Shown one piece after another: positions 48,701 to 56,477 of a DNA stretch of 64,000 nt. The DNA comes from Lysobacterales bacterium. Its GTDB lineage: Bacteria > Pseudomonadota > Gammaproteobacteria > Xanthomonadales > SZUA-5. The stretch spans positions 2,541 to 66,540 of the forward strand of contig JALHRS010000020.1 in assembly GCA_022841325.1 (NCBI GenBank), given 5' to 3'. Within the stretch, counting starts at the first letter, position 1, and each line of letters begins with the position of its first letter. Position numbers and translations under genes: made by a program. The notes under the pieces were generated by a model. It had not been told where the DNA came from. It saw only the letters and a program-made list of their open reading frames with translations, and did no database searches.

Positions 48701-48793
48701 GTGTATGCCTCGCTGGAAGACGCCAGTGAGGCCATCAAGCGGGCCTGGCGCCGCGCCGGCTCGCGCACCACCCAGGCGGCGGTCGAGGTCTGA
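45701..48793 (+). CDS. RND efflux permease 2 (AcrB/MdtC-like)
   Basis: MTLAEIALKRPVTAIMLF start at ATG 45701 (the ORF-track start 45608 lies within the repeat). GIGMLVDNAVVVTE motif. 1030 aa. Confidence 0.92.
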   Translation: MTLAEIALKRPVTAIMLFVSCVVFGLLSARMLKLEFFPELDAPFILVQVPYPGSTPKEVEREIVRPLEESLATISGIDRMFANADENGAFFFLVFDWNRNVKVKLSEVRERVDAIRGELPKDIQRIQVLKFSTNDEPALQIRLSSTTGNLLDAYDLLERRIKRPLERIPGVASVELSGVEPNEVRIDLLPERIASHNIDLNALSQRIQSANFSTSAGLIHDGDQRYRVQPVGEIRSLEEYGDLVINDAGLRLRDVAEIRYMQREINFRRILNGNYAVGVDIRRERGANLVDVCANVLAEVRRIEASGALAGIELYMIGNQGEGITSSLGELVKSGAQGMLFAVLILYFFLRHWPSTLMVSLSVPICIAISLGAMYFLGLTLNVLTMMGLLLGIGMLVDNAVVVTESIYQQREKRPGDPVGTAIEGTRMVQLAVSAGTLTSIIVFLPNVFGGTTQVGVFLYYVAMPMSVALLASWFVAVSIIPMLASRIEPPKGLSQVRIVEHWKLLYGRLLHWTLNHRGWALMGVLLIFASVAIPANLVKTDFFGGSGKRDFSIGYELNGRYRLDQLEPAARAVEAFLLRHKEEFEIESVYSWLSEDQGMQTRLQLVKDDQATRPLEEIKQAVRDGLPQLAIGKAVVDLRQGPGGGNAGSTDTPSVSVSINGDSTEVLTEVAKDVARLLASHEEFAEVRADDAQEQQEVQLRIDRDRASNLGFDPAQVGQLIQVAMRGVPLREFRQGDTEVPVWLRFKDAESLSLDDLKEIRITRADGESVPLSTLVSVDVSPSARQIGRQNRKTSQSITIDLKPNGDMGKAREIIESSLKDYPFPSGYSYDLGQRFQDDAAAASEMMFLLLLSIVLIYMVMAALFESAVYPIAILISIMYAVVGVWWTFLVWDTTFSVMAFIGIMILTGVVVNNGIVLVEHVNTLRRAGHDRERALILGGQERLRPILITTGTTFLGLLPLCISDVGIGGDGPAYYPMARAIAGGLVFSTAITLVVLPTVYASLEDASEAIKRAWRRAGSRTTQAAVEV

Positions 48794-48878
48794 TCGATAT
48801 GCCGAACTAAATTGACGGACAATCGAATCGACCGATAGTCTCCACCTTCTGCATTGCCCGCCATATGAGGATTCCGCC

Positions 48879-49451
48879 ATGCGCGTTGTAATCGATCTGT
48901 CCGAACAGGATCTGGAGCATTTCCGGTCCGCCATGCGGCGTGCCAAGGAAGCCGCCGCCCACCTGAGCGCCGCTGAAATCACCGGTGCCGCCATGAAGTT
49001 GCTGGACGACACCAAGGCCGTGCAGGTGCCGGAGTTCGTGTCCTCGCGGATGAAGCGTCTGGGCACGCTGGTGGGCATGGTGCATGACACCAACTGGGGT
49101 ATCTCCGACGAAGAGCGCAAGGAAATCCTGTCGGCGCTGACCTATTTCTCCGATCCGAATGACGCCATTCCCGACGATATCCCGGTGCTGGGCTTCCTCG
49201 ACGACGCCATCATGATCGAATTGGTGGTGGACGAGCTCAAGCACGAGATCGATGCCTACGAGGACTTCTGCCTGTTCCGCAAGCAGGCCGAGGAGGACGT
49301 CGGCGCCGTTGAAGCCAGTGGCCTGAACCGCGACGACTGGCTGCAGCAGCGCCAGACCGAGTTGCTGGATCGCATGCGCGGGCGGCGTTCGCGTGACAGC
49401 GCCTCCTACGGCGGCGGTCGCGGCGGCTTCTCGCTGTTCTCGATTCGCTGA
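48879..49451 (+). CDS. DUF1232 (YkvA-like) domain protein
   Basis: IPDDIPVLGFLDDAIMIELV motif. Confidence 0.6.
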   Translation: MRVVIDLSEQDLEHFRSAMRRAKEAAAHLSAAEITGAAMKLLDDTKAVQVPEFVSSRMKRLGTLVGMVHDTNWGISDEERKEILSALTYFSDPNDAIPDDIPVLGFLDDAIMIELVVDELKHEIDAYEDFCLFRKQAEEDVGAVEASGLNRDDWLQQRQTELLDRMRGRRSRDSASYGGGRGGFSLFSIR

Positions 49452-49470
49452 GCTGCGGCACAGGTTTCGA

Positions 49471-49498
49471 AGAAGGCGCCCTCGGGCGCCTTTTTTGT
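49471..49498 (+). terminator. Rho-independent terminator
   Basis: AAGGCGCC-CTCG-GGCGCCTT followed by TTTTTG. Confidence 0.8.
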
Positions 49499-49564
49499 GC
49501 GCTCTGGTCGCGATCGGCAGGGTGGCGCGAAAATCGGGAACAGCGCTGAGTCGACAGCAAGGGC

Positions 49565-49675
49565 CAAACGCAGAGAGCGCAGAGGGTCGCGGAGAACGCC
49601 GAGAACAGCTGATTCAGGTTTGCCTCTGTTTTCCTTCGCGTACTTTCTGCTTTTCCTTTGCGTTCTTTGCGCCCG
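49565..49675. repeat. Family-1 repeat copy (CGCAGAGAGCGCAGAGGGTCGCGGAGAACGCCGAGAACAGCTGATT... with a degenerate inverted arm)
   Basis: Left arm about 85% identical to 462-510. Confidence 0.7.
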
Positions 49676-49747
49676 GCTTCTGATCGCGGTACCCGATCAG
49701 GTCAAGTTCGGGCGAGCGCCGGGCTTCGCGACGCGACGGGGCTGAAT

Positions 49748-49843
49748 TTCGCGGACAGAGTCCGCTCCCACAGGGGGAACAAGTTCGCGGACAGAGTCCG
49801 CTCCCACCGGGCGAACAAGTTCGCGGACGAAGTCCGCTCCCAC
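49748..49843. repeat. Three tandem REP-like hairpins TTCGCGGAC(A/G)A(G/A)GTCCGCTCCCAC, period 36 nt
   Basis: Units at 49748-49771, 49784-49807 and 49820-49843. Reverse complement of the GTGGGAGCGGAC..GTCCGCGA core seen at 57671. Confidence 0.85.
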
Positions 49844-49869
49844 AGGGAGAGCCAGCGGTCGCGCGAGGG

Positions 49870-51297
49870 TCAATCGCCGCCGCCGCAACCGCCGCAGCCA
49901 CTGCCGCCGCCACCATCGCCACCGCCGCTGTCGCCGCTCGAGCCGCCGCTGTCGCCGGAGGAACTGGGCGGTGAGCGCAGCTGGTGGTATTGGGCGTAGG
50001 CCGTGCCGCTCAAGGCGGCGGTTCCGAGCAGAGCCACTGCCAGTCCCAGTTCCTTCTGTTGCGGGGCCCGCATGGCTCGGGCATGCCGTTGCTTGGCATC
50101 CGCAAGCGCGTGGTCGCCGGCGCGCGTGCGGGTCGGACGTGCCAGCAACAGACCCAGCCCAATCACGCCGGTGATCACGGTCAGTATCACCAGGAAGGCC
50201 ACCGGTTTCGATCGCGACAGGCCGACGACGATCTTGCTGAGGCCGAAGGCGGCCACCAGCAGCACGGGCAGGGCGCTGAACAGCCGCACCCGCCAGGCAG
50301 CTGCGTCATCCAGCCACAGATTGCTCTTCTGGAGCCTCTTTTCGATCGGCGCCAAAGCCACTGATGATCGCTTGATGACCTGCGCCAATGCCCCATCCAC
50401 GGCAATGCATCGAGCCACGATCGCGGGCGCTTCGGAACCGTCGAAGGCCGGCCTTTCCAGCTTCAGCTTGCGGTCCACCTCGTTCCAGCTGGCCTCACCG
50501 TTGCCCAGCAGATGCGCCACCGCGGCATCGGTACAGCGGACGGCGCCGCCGGCCAGATATGCCAGTTCAAAGGCGTCCGGGCGCGCGCCGCCGGCACTCC
50601 CCGTGTCCCGCAGCGATCGGCGCAACCACCAGGCGCCGATCACTGCGGTGACCATCAATGCCAGGAACAGTTGCAGAAAGGGTCCGCCGGTCCAGTCCAG
50701 TGGATTGGATGACAGAGCCAGGGCGCTGGGTACCTGCAGCAGCGTGGCCAGTGCCAGCAGTGCCGCGCAAGCGCTGGCTGCACCGGGCCAGCGGGGCTTG
50801 GGCAGCAGCCAGTAGCGGCCGCGTTCGACGGTGATCCAGGCTGGCTTGGCAGCGAAGCGTTCGCGGGTGCCAGGCCACAGGTCCAGCGGGGTTTCGCCGA
50901 AGTAATCCTCGTACAGGGCAATCGTCTGCGCGTATTGCTCGCGGTAACGCAGCGATTCCTCGCGGCCGCCCAGGGTAGGTCCATGGTGCAGCGCTCGCCC
51001 CAGTACCTCAGGGCAGAACTGCTTCCAGTAATCGCGGGTGTAGCACAGGTGCAGGTGCCAGACCTCGTCAACGGCGTCGCTGGGCGTGAGCTCGTGATCG
51101 CTGACACAGGCCAGGAAACAGAAGCGGCGGTACTCGTCGATGGCGCGTCTGGCGTAGGCCAGGGTCCAGCCCTGCTCGCGCGCCAGGCGTCGGGCAAAAT
51201 CGAGGCCCAGCGCCGGCTGTTCAAATGGATGGGCCTGCAGGCGCGCCCAGAGTGCCTGCTCGGTATCGGTCCAGTCGCGAATCTGCGTTTCCGTCAT
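49870..51297 (-). CDS. Membrane protein: N-terminal DUF1399/GRDP-like domain fused to a TIGR04222-type membrane domain with a Gly/Ser/Cys-rich C-terminal tail
   Basis: [18 protein letters not shown] motif. Several TM segments. Tail [29 protein letters not shown] is characteristic of TIGR04222 proteins (from memory). ATG 51297 chosen; the upstream ORF extension is non-coding-like. Confidence 0.65.
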   Translation of the reverse strand: MTETQIRDWTDTEQALWARLQAHPFEQPALGLDFARRLAREQGWTLAYARRAIDEYRRFCFLACVSDHELTPSDAVDEVWHLHLCYTRDYWKQFCPEVLGRALHHGPTLGGREESLRYREQYAQTIALYEDYFGETPLDLWPGTRERFAAKPAWITVERGRYWLLPKPRWPGAASACAALLALATLLQVPSALALSSNPLDWTGGPFLQLFLALMVTAVIGAWWLRRSLRDTGSAGGARPDAFELAYLAGGAVRCTDAAVAHLLGNGEASWNEVDRKLKLERPAFDGSEAPAIVARCIAVDGALAQVIKRSSVALAPIEKRLQKSNLWLDDAAAWRVRLFSALPVLLVAAFGLSKIVVGLSRSKPVAFLVILTVITGVIGLGLLLARPTRTRAGDHALADAKQRHARAMRAPQQKELGLAVALLGTAALSGTAYAQYHQLRSPPSSSGDSGGSSGDSGGGDGGGGSGCGGCGGGD

Positions 51298-51432
51298 GGG
51301 AGAGCCCTCGGTCGGACGCTGCCGATTGTAGACTCGGGAAGGGCAGGGTCGATGACAATCTCGACCTGCAGACCGGGGATTTGCGCCACTGGTCAGAATC
51401 GCTGGATCGCCAAGGTCATCAGGGAGCGGGGA

Positions 51433-52752
51433 ATGAAGCAGTTGCGATGGGCCGTCAGGGCGATGATCTTGCTGCTTTTCGGCGGAGCGCCGGTATGGGC
51501 GCAAGACCCGCCGGCACCGGAATTCATCGCTGGCGATTGGTGCGCCGTGCAGGGCGAACAGCAGTTCGAGGAGCGCTGGACCAGCGCCGAGGGCGGCGCC
51601 ATGTACGCCGTGGCACGCAGCTTCAGGAGCGGGCGTCTGAGCGGCTTCGAATTCCTGCGCATCGAGGCCGAGGGCGAAAGCTGGGTCTATCGGGCGCAGC
51701 CCGGTGGTCAGTCGGCCACCGATTTTGCCCGGATCGAATCGGCCGACCGGCGCTTCGTGTTCACCAACCCCGATCACGATTTCCCGCAGCGCATCGAATA
51801 CTGGCGCGATGCCTCGGGGCTGCATGCGGCGGTCTCGGCGCTTGATCCGGCCGAGCGCCGGCTGCAGTTCGATTTCCGCCCCGGCCGCTGCCAGCCGTCA
51901 GCAGCCAAGGCGGCGGAGGCCGGCCTGACCATGGCTGAAGTGCTGGAAGCCAGCCAGCCCGGCGACTGGCGACGGCCCGATCCCGACCACACGCTGTATC
52001 TGGAGCTGGATTCCGGGCGTGTGGTGATAGAACTGGCGCCCGATTTCGCGCCCCGGCACGTGGCGAACATCCTCAGACTGGCCCGTTCGGGCTATTACGA
52101 CGACCTGGCGATCCTGCGCGTGCAGGATAATTTCGTCGTGCAATGGGGCGATCCCAAGGCCGAAGACGAAGCGGCGCGCAAGTCGCTGAGCGCCGGAGAG
52201 CGGCAGCTGGCGGCCGAATTCACCCGCGCCGCCAGCGCCGATCTCCAGTTCACAGTGCTGCCCGATGGCGACGGCTATGCGCCGCAGACCGGTTTCGTTG
52301 CCGGATTCCCCGCGGCGCGCGATCCGGGATCGCAGCGCGCCTGGCTGACGCACTGCTACGGCACGCTCGGTGTGGGCCGGGACAATGAGGTGAACTCCGG
52401 TGGCGGCACCGAATTGTATGTGGTGATCGGTCACGCCCCGCGGCAGCTGGATCGCAACATCACCGTGGCTGGCCGGGTCATCCAGGGCATGGAATGGCTG
52501 TCCAGCCTGCCGCGGGGTCCGGTGCCCATGGGCTTCTACGAGCGGCCCGAGCAGCAGATTGCCATTCGCCGCCTGCGCGTGGCGGCCGATGTTGCCGAGG
52601 GTGAGCGCAGCCGGATCGAGCTGTTGCGCACCGACACCCCGCGATTTGCCGATCTGATCGAGTCCAGACGCAATCGCCGCGACGCCTGGTACAAGCATCC
52701 GGCCGGCTACATCGACGTCTGCAGCGTGCCCTTGCCGGCCCGGCAGTATTGA
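51433..52752 (+). CDS. Exported fusion protein: DUF6265-like N-terminal domain plus cyclophilin-type peptidyl-prolyl isomerase domain
   Basis: Signal peptide [36 protein letters not shown] (DUF6265-like). [27 protein letters not shown] and [11 protein letters not shown] (cyclophilin-like). Confidence 0.7.
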   Translation: MKQLRWAVRAMILLLFGGAPVWAQDPPAPEFIAGDWCAVQGEQQFEERWTSAEGGAMYAVARSFRSGRLSGFEFLRIEAEGESWVYRAQPGGQSATDFARIESADRRFVFTNPDHDFPQRIEYWRDASGLHAAVSALDPAERRLQFDFRPGRCQPSAAKAAEAGLTMAEVLEASQPGDWRRPDPDHTLYLELDSGRVVIELAPDFAPRHVANILRLARSGYYDDLAILRVQDNFVVQWGDPKAEDEAARKSLSAGERQLAAEFTRAASADLQFTVLPDGDGYAPQTGFVAGFPAARDPGSQRAWLTHCYGTLGVGRDNEVNSGGGTELYVVIGHAPRQLDRNITVAGRVIQGMEWLSSLPRGPVPMGFYERPEQQIAIRRLRVAADVAEGERSRIELLRTDTPRFADLIESRRNRRDAWYKHPAGYIDVCSVPLPARQY

Positions 52753-52877
52753 CGGTCGACGGTAGCAGCGACCTGGCGTCGCGACCGTCCTGGCGAGCCA
52801 CCTGTATCGGCCCGATGCTGCCCACGGTCCATGAACTGCAGGTTGCCGTGAAAGTCGTTCAGGCGAGTGCTGTCGCT

Positions 52878-52900
52878 CCCTCCCCGATGTTCGGGGAGGG
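52878..52900. repeat. Hairpin CCCTCCCCGA-TGT-TCGGGGAGGG
   Basis: 10-bp perfect stem read directly. Confidence 0.7.
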
Positions 52901-52930
52901 CAGGGGAGGGGTTAGGCAAGAAACCCTATG

Positions 52931-52988
52931 CAACGGTCATGGCACCAGCAACTTTCATGATGGCGAGTGGCCCGCAGCCATGACCGTT
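52931..52988. repeat. Perfect 13-bp inverted repeat CAACGGTCATGGC ... GCCATGACCGTTG (32-nt loop)
   Basis: Read directly. Confidence 0.75.
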
Positions 52989-53050
52989 GGGCTAAGCGCA
53001 GCGTGCCCAACGCCAGCGTCCGTTGTTGGGCACGCTGCGCTTAGCCCAAC
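52986..53050. repeat. Perfect 26-bp inverted repeat GTTGGGCTAAGCGCAGCGTGCCCAAC / 13-nt loop / reverse complement
   Basis: Read directly (52986-53011 and 53025-53050). Confidence 0.9.
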
Positions 53051-53137
53051 CTACGTCATCGACCACAATTCAACACGTTAGGACATGGGTTCATGGCAAG
53101 AACCTGGAACGGCGGCTGGCTCCAACCAAGGGCGAAT

Positions 53138-53256
53138 CGCAGAGAACGCCGAGAGGCGCAGAGAACGCTGAGGGGCGCAGAGAACGCTGAGAGGCGCAAG
53201 AGCCATTCTTGTTCAGCTCTTCTCAGCGTTCTCTGCGCCCCTTGGCGTTCTCTGCG
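53138..53256. repeat. Family-1 repeat, expanded copy: three direct 19-nt units CGCAGAGAACGCYGAGRGG followed by two inverted units
   Basis: Units at 53138-56, 53157-75 and 53176-94. Inverted TCTCAGCGTTCTCTGCG at 53221-37 and GGCGTTCTCTGCG at 53244-56. Confidence 0.85.
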
Positions 53257-53389
53257 TTGACGCTTCCGGCCCTGGGTCCCAGGCGCAACTCTCACGTAGA
53301 CCTTTCGGGTCAACGTGACCTGCATTCACGGTTTATTGCGCGAACAAGCGCACCCCATGGGACTCTTGCAGCAGCGGGCCCCAAAGAGC

Positions 53390-54079
53390 TCAGCCGCCGG
53401 GCTTTTGCCTGGCTCCAAACAGCGCCGATCCGACCCGAACCATGGTGGCGCCCTGTTCCAGGGCGAGTTCGAAGTCCTCACTCATGCCCATGGACAGGGT
53501 GTCGATGTCGGGGAAATCCCGCTGCAGCTGATCGAATAGCTGGCGCAACTGGGCAAAGCTGGCGCGTCTTTGCTCCAGCTCAGGCCAGGGCTTCGGGATC
53601 GACATCAGTCCGCGCAAGCGCAATCGGGGCTGCGCGGCTATGGCCCTCGCCAGTTCCGCGACCTCGGCGGGCGTGCAGCCGGATTTGCTGTCCTCGTCAT
53701 CGATGTTGACCTGAATGAGCACCTGCAGCGGCGGCAGGGCCTCTGGGCGATAACGGGCCAGCAGCGCAATCAGCTTGGCCCGGTCCAGTGTCTGCAGCCA
53801 GTCAAAATGCTCGGCAACCTCGCGGCACTTGTTCGATTGCAGCGGGCCGATCAGGTGCCACTGGATATCCGGACACCTGTCCCGCAGTTCGCGCATCTTG
53901 GCCAGCGCTTCCTGGACGTAGTTTTCGCCGAACACGCGCTGTCCCAGCGCATAGGCCTCGGCCACCGCGGCGGCGGGCTGGGTCTTGCTGACGGCGACCA
54001 GTGTGGCCGCATCTGCCGGTGCCGCGGTGCGCAGGCGCCGGTTCAGCGTGTCCAATCGGTCACTCAAGCTTGCGGTCAT
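53390..54079 (-). CDS. yggS: YggS-family pyridoxal-phosphate homeostasis protein
   Basis: VAVSKTQP (PLP Lys), HLIGPLQSNK and LSMGMSEDFE motifs. Divergent from pilT, as in Pseudomonas. Confidence 0.9.
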   Translation of the reverse strand: MTASLSDRLDTLNRRLRTAAPADAATLVAVSKTQPAAAVAEAYALGQRVFGENYVQEALAKMRELRDRCPDIQWHLIGPLQSNKCREVAEHFDWLQTLDRAKLIALLARYRPEALPPLQVLIQVNIDDEDSKSGCTPAEVAELARAIAAQPRLRLRGLMSIPKPWPELEQRRASFAQLRQLFDQLQRDFPDIDTLSMGMSEDFELALEQGATMVRVGSALFGARQKPGG

Positions 54080-54145
54080 GGTGCGCAGTTCCGGGTGGTG
54101 ACGTGGCTATACTCGACCTGCACACGAGTGAGGCAAGGGGCAGTC

Positions 54146-55186
54146 ATGGATATCGCCGAACTATTGGCTTTCAGCGTCAAGAATAAGGCTTCGGACTTGC
54201 ATCTGTCGGCAGGCCTGCCGCCGATGATCCGTGTAGACGGCGACGTCCGTCGCATCAACATCCCGGCGCTGGACCACAAGTCCGTTCACGGGCTGATCTA
54301 CGACATCATGTCGGACAAGCAGCGCCGCGACTACGAAGAATTCTTCGAGATCGATTTCTCCTTTGAAATTCCGGGACTTGCACGCTTCCGCGTCAATGCC
54401 TTCAATCAGAATCGTGGCGCCGCGGCGGTGTTTCGTACCATTCCATCCGAGATTCTCTCGCTGGAAGACCTGGCCGCGCCCAAGGTGTTCAAGGAGCTGA
54501 TCGACTATCCCCAGGGCCTGATTCTGGTCACCGGGCCTACCGGTTCGGGCAAATCGACCACGCTGGCGGCCATGCTCGATCACATCAACAAGAACGAGTA
54601 CGCCCACCTGCTGTCGGTCGAAGACCCGATCGAGTTCGTGCACACCTCGAACAAGTGCCTGATCAACCAGCGCGAAGTGCACCGCGACACCCATGGCTTC
54701 AATGAGGCGCTGCGCTCGGCACTGCGTGAGGATCCCGACTACATCCTGGTCGGCGAGTTGCGCGATCTGGAGACCATCCGTCTGGCGCTGACCGCAGCCG
54801 AAACCGGCCATCTGGTGTTCGGTACCCTGCACACCAGCTCAGCGGCCAAGACCATCGACCGCATCATCGACGTGTTCCCTGCCGGCGAAAAGCCGATGGT
54901 GCGTTCGATGCTGTCGGAGTCCCTGCGTGCGGTCATCGCGCAGACGCTGATGAAGAAGGTCGGCGGCGGCCGTATTGCCGCGCACGAGATCATGGTCGGC
55001 ATCCCGGCCATCCGCAACCTGATCCGCGAAGACAAGGTGGCGCAGATGTACTCCTCGATCCAGACCGGTGCCAACTACGGCATGCAGACGCTGGATCAAT
55101 GCCTGCAGGATCTGGTCAAGCGCGGTCTGGTCACGCGCCAGCAGGCGATGACCTACGCCAAAGACAAGCGCCTGTTCGAGGTATGA
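54146..55186 (+). CDS. pilT: Type IV pilus retraction ATPase PilT
   Basis: MDIAELLAFSVKNKASDLHL start, Walker A GPTGSGKST, LVGELRD, AHLVFGTLHT. Confidence 0.95.
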   Translation: MDIAELLAFSVKNKASDLHLSAGLPPMIRVDGDVRRINIPALDHKSVHGLIYDIMSDKQRRDYEEFFEIDFSFEIPGLARFRVNAFNQNRGAAAVFRTIPSEILSLEDLAAPKVFKELIDYPQGLILVTGPTGSGKSTTLAAMLDHINKNEYAHLLSVEDPIEFVHTSNKCLINQREVHRDTHGFNEALRSALREDPDYILVGELRDLETIRLALTAAETGHLVFGTLHTSSAAKTIDRIIDVFPAGEKPMVRSMLSESLRAVIAQTLMKKVGGGRIAAHEIMVGIPAIRNLIREDKVAQMYSSIQTGANYGMQTLDQCLQDLVKRGLVTRQQAMTYAKDKRLFEV

Positions 55187-56325
55187 GGCCGCTGACGCCG
55201 TTGAACCTGGCCAGGCGTGGCACGCGAGCGAGTCTGGTCTGGCTGAGTTCATTGGCGTTGTCTCTGTGGATGGCCCTGCCGCTGCAGGCCGAGGAGTCGC
55301 CGGCGGTGGCCGAGCCCAGCGTCAGCCAGCGCCTCGAACAATCGATGGCCGGCTACGCCGAGTCCGCCATCGAACTGCTGGCGGCCAGCAACTCGCCGCG
55401 CGAACGCTGGATTGCGGGCTTGATGCTGGTCGGATCAGCCATGAACAACGGCCAGGACGCTGAGCAGTCCGAGGCCATGCTGGCGCGCGGACAGGCGCTG
55501 CTGAAGCAGGCACTGGCGGACGGCAAGGACGACGCCACACTGGTCTTCTGGGCCATTCTCGATCCGCCGACGGTCGATCGCAGCAATGCCGATGCGGTCG
55601 CGCGCGAACGTATCGCCATGACCGCGCACCTGCAGCAGCTGGAACCGGACAATGCGGTGGTCTGGCTGGGTGCTCTGCCGCCCCGTGGCGAACCTGGCGC
55701 CATCCCGGTCGCCGCCGAAATGCTGGCCAAGGCGGCCGCGGCCAAACGTTTCGACACCCATTTCGCCAGTTCGATGCAGATGCTGCTGAAGGCCTTCGGG
55801 CGCGTGCCTTTACCCAAGGATTGGCCCGATACCAGCAGTCTGCCGGCCTATGACGGCGTCTCCCGCAACGATCTGCCGGTGATGATGGCTGTGGGCATCG
55901 CCAGCGGCATGGCCATGCCCTATCTGGTGGCGGCTCAGTGGTGGTGCGGTGGCAATGCCGACGAACATCCGTGGCTGGATGATTGTCGCCAGCTGGCGTA
56001 CACCATGGTCGAGCACAGTGATTCGATCGTGCCGCGCTCGCTGGGCCTGGCGCTGCAGGAACAGCTGTACCAGCCTGGATCCGAAGGCGCCCGGCGCACG
56101 CAGGCGCAGCGACGCGAACTGGCCTGGCTGGTGGAACGCGGTCTGCAGCGGGTGGGCCCGGGTCAGCCGGTGAGTTTCGCGCAGTGGCGCCAGTTCTGGA
56201 TTCAGCCCGGTGCCAACGAAATCAGCGTCGCCCGTGCCCTGGTCAGGGCCCAGAAGCTGCCGGCCGAGCCTCCCGATGATTTTGTGCCGGCCTGGGATCG
56301 CGAGGGTGAGGGTGGTACGCCCTGA
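55183..56325 (+). CDS. Hypothetical exported helical protein, translationally coupled to pilT
   Basis: 380-aa ORF. Its ATG overlaps the pilT TGA (GTATGA). Signal peptide ...LALSLWMALPLQAEE. No family recognised. Confidence 0.6.
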   Translation: MRPLTPLNLARRGTRASLVWLSSLALSLWMALPLQAEESPAVAEPSVSQRLEQSMAGYAESAIELLAASNSPRERWIAGLMLVGSAMNNGQDAEQSEAMLARGQALLKQALADGKDDATLVFWAILDPPTVDRSNADAVARERIAMTAHLQQLEPDNAVVWLGALPPRGEPGAIPVAAEMLAKAAAAKRFDTHFASSMQMLLKAFGRVPLPKDWPDTSSLPAYDGVSRNDLPVMMAVGIASGMAMPYLVAAQWWCGGNADEHPWLDDCRQLAYTMVEHSDSIVPRSLGLALQEQLYQPGSEGARRTQAQRRELAWLVERGLQRVGPGQPVSFAQWRQFWIQPGANEISVARALVRAQKLPAEPPDDFVPAWDREGEGGTP

Positions 56326-56477
56326 GCTTCATCGCCTGGTGTGCGCGCAAGCCGGCCCGGGCGGAGCGCCAAAAACGGGCGGAGGTCGCATATCGGTCCG
56401 CAGACAGCGATTGATGCTTCAGGCACAATTGAGCTCTGGCGGGGGCCGCTTGCGCTCCAATTCGCGGAGGGTACGAG

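Noticed and set aside
51298-51825. N-terminal 176-aa extension of the TIGR04222-type ORF (ORF-track start 51825).
   Set aside because: The extension overlaps the divergent cyclophilin-fusion gene and is Pro/Arg/Gly-rich. The domain-bearing sequence starts at MTETQIRDW (51297).
53570-54145. N-terminal 192-aa extension of the pilT ORF (ORF-track start 53570).
   Set aside because: The extension lies antisense to yggS and has no PilT similarity. The canonical PilT N-terminus MDIAELLAF begins at 54146.
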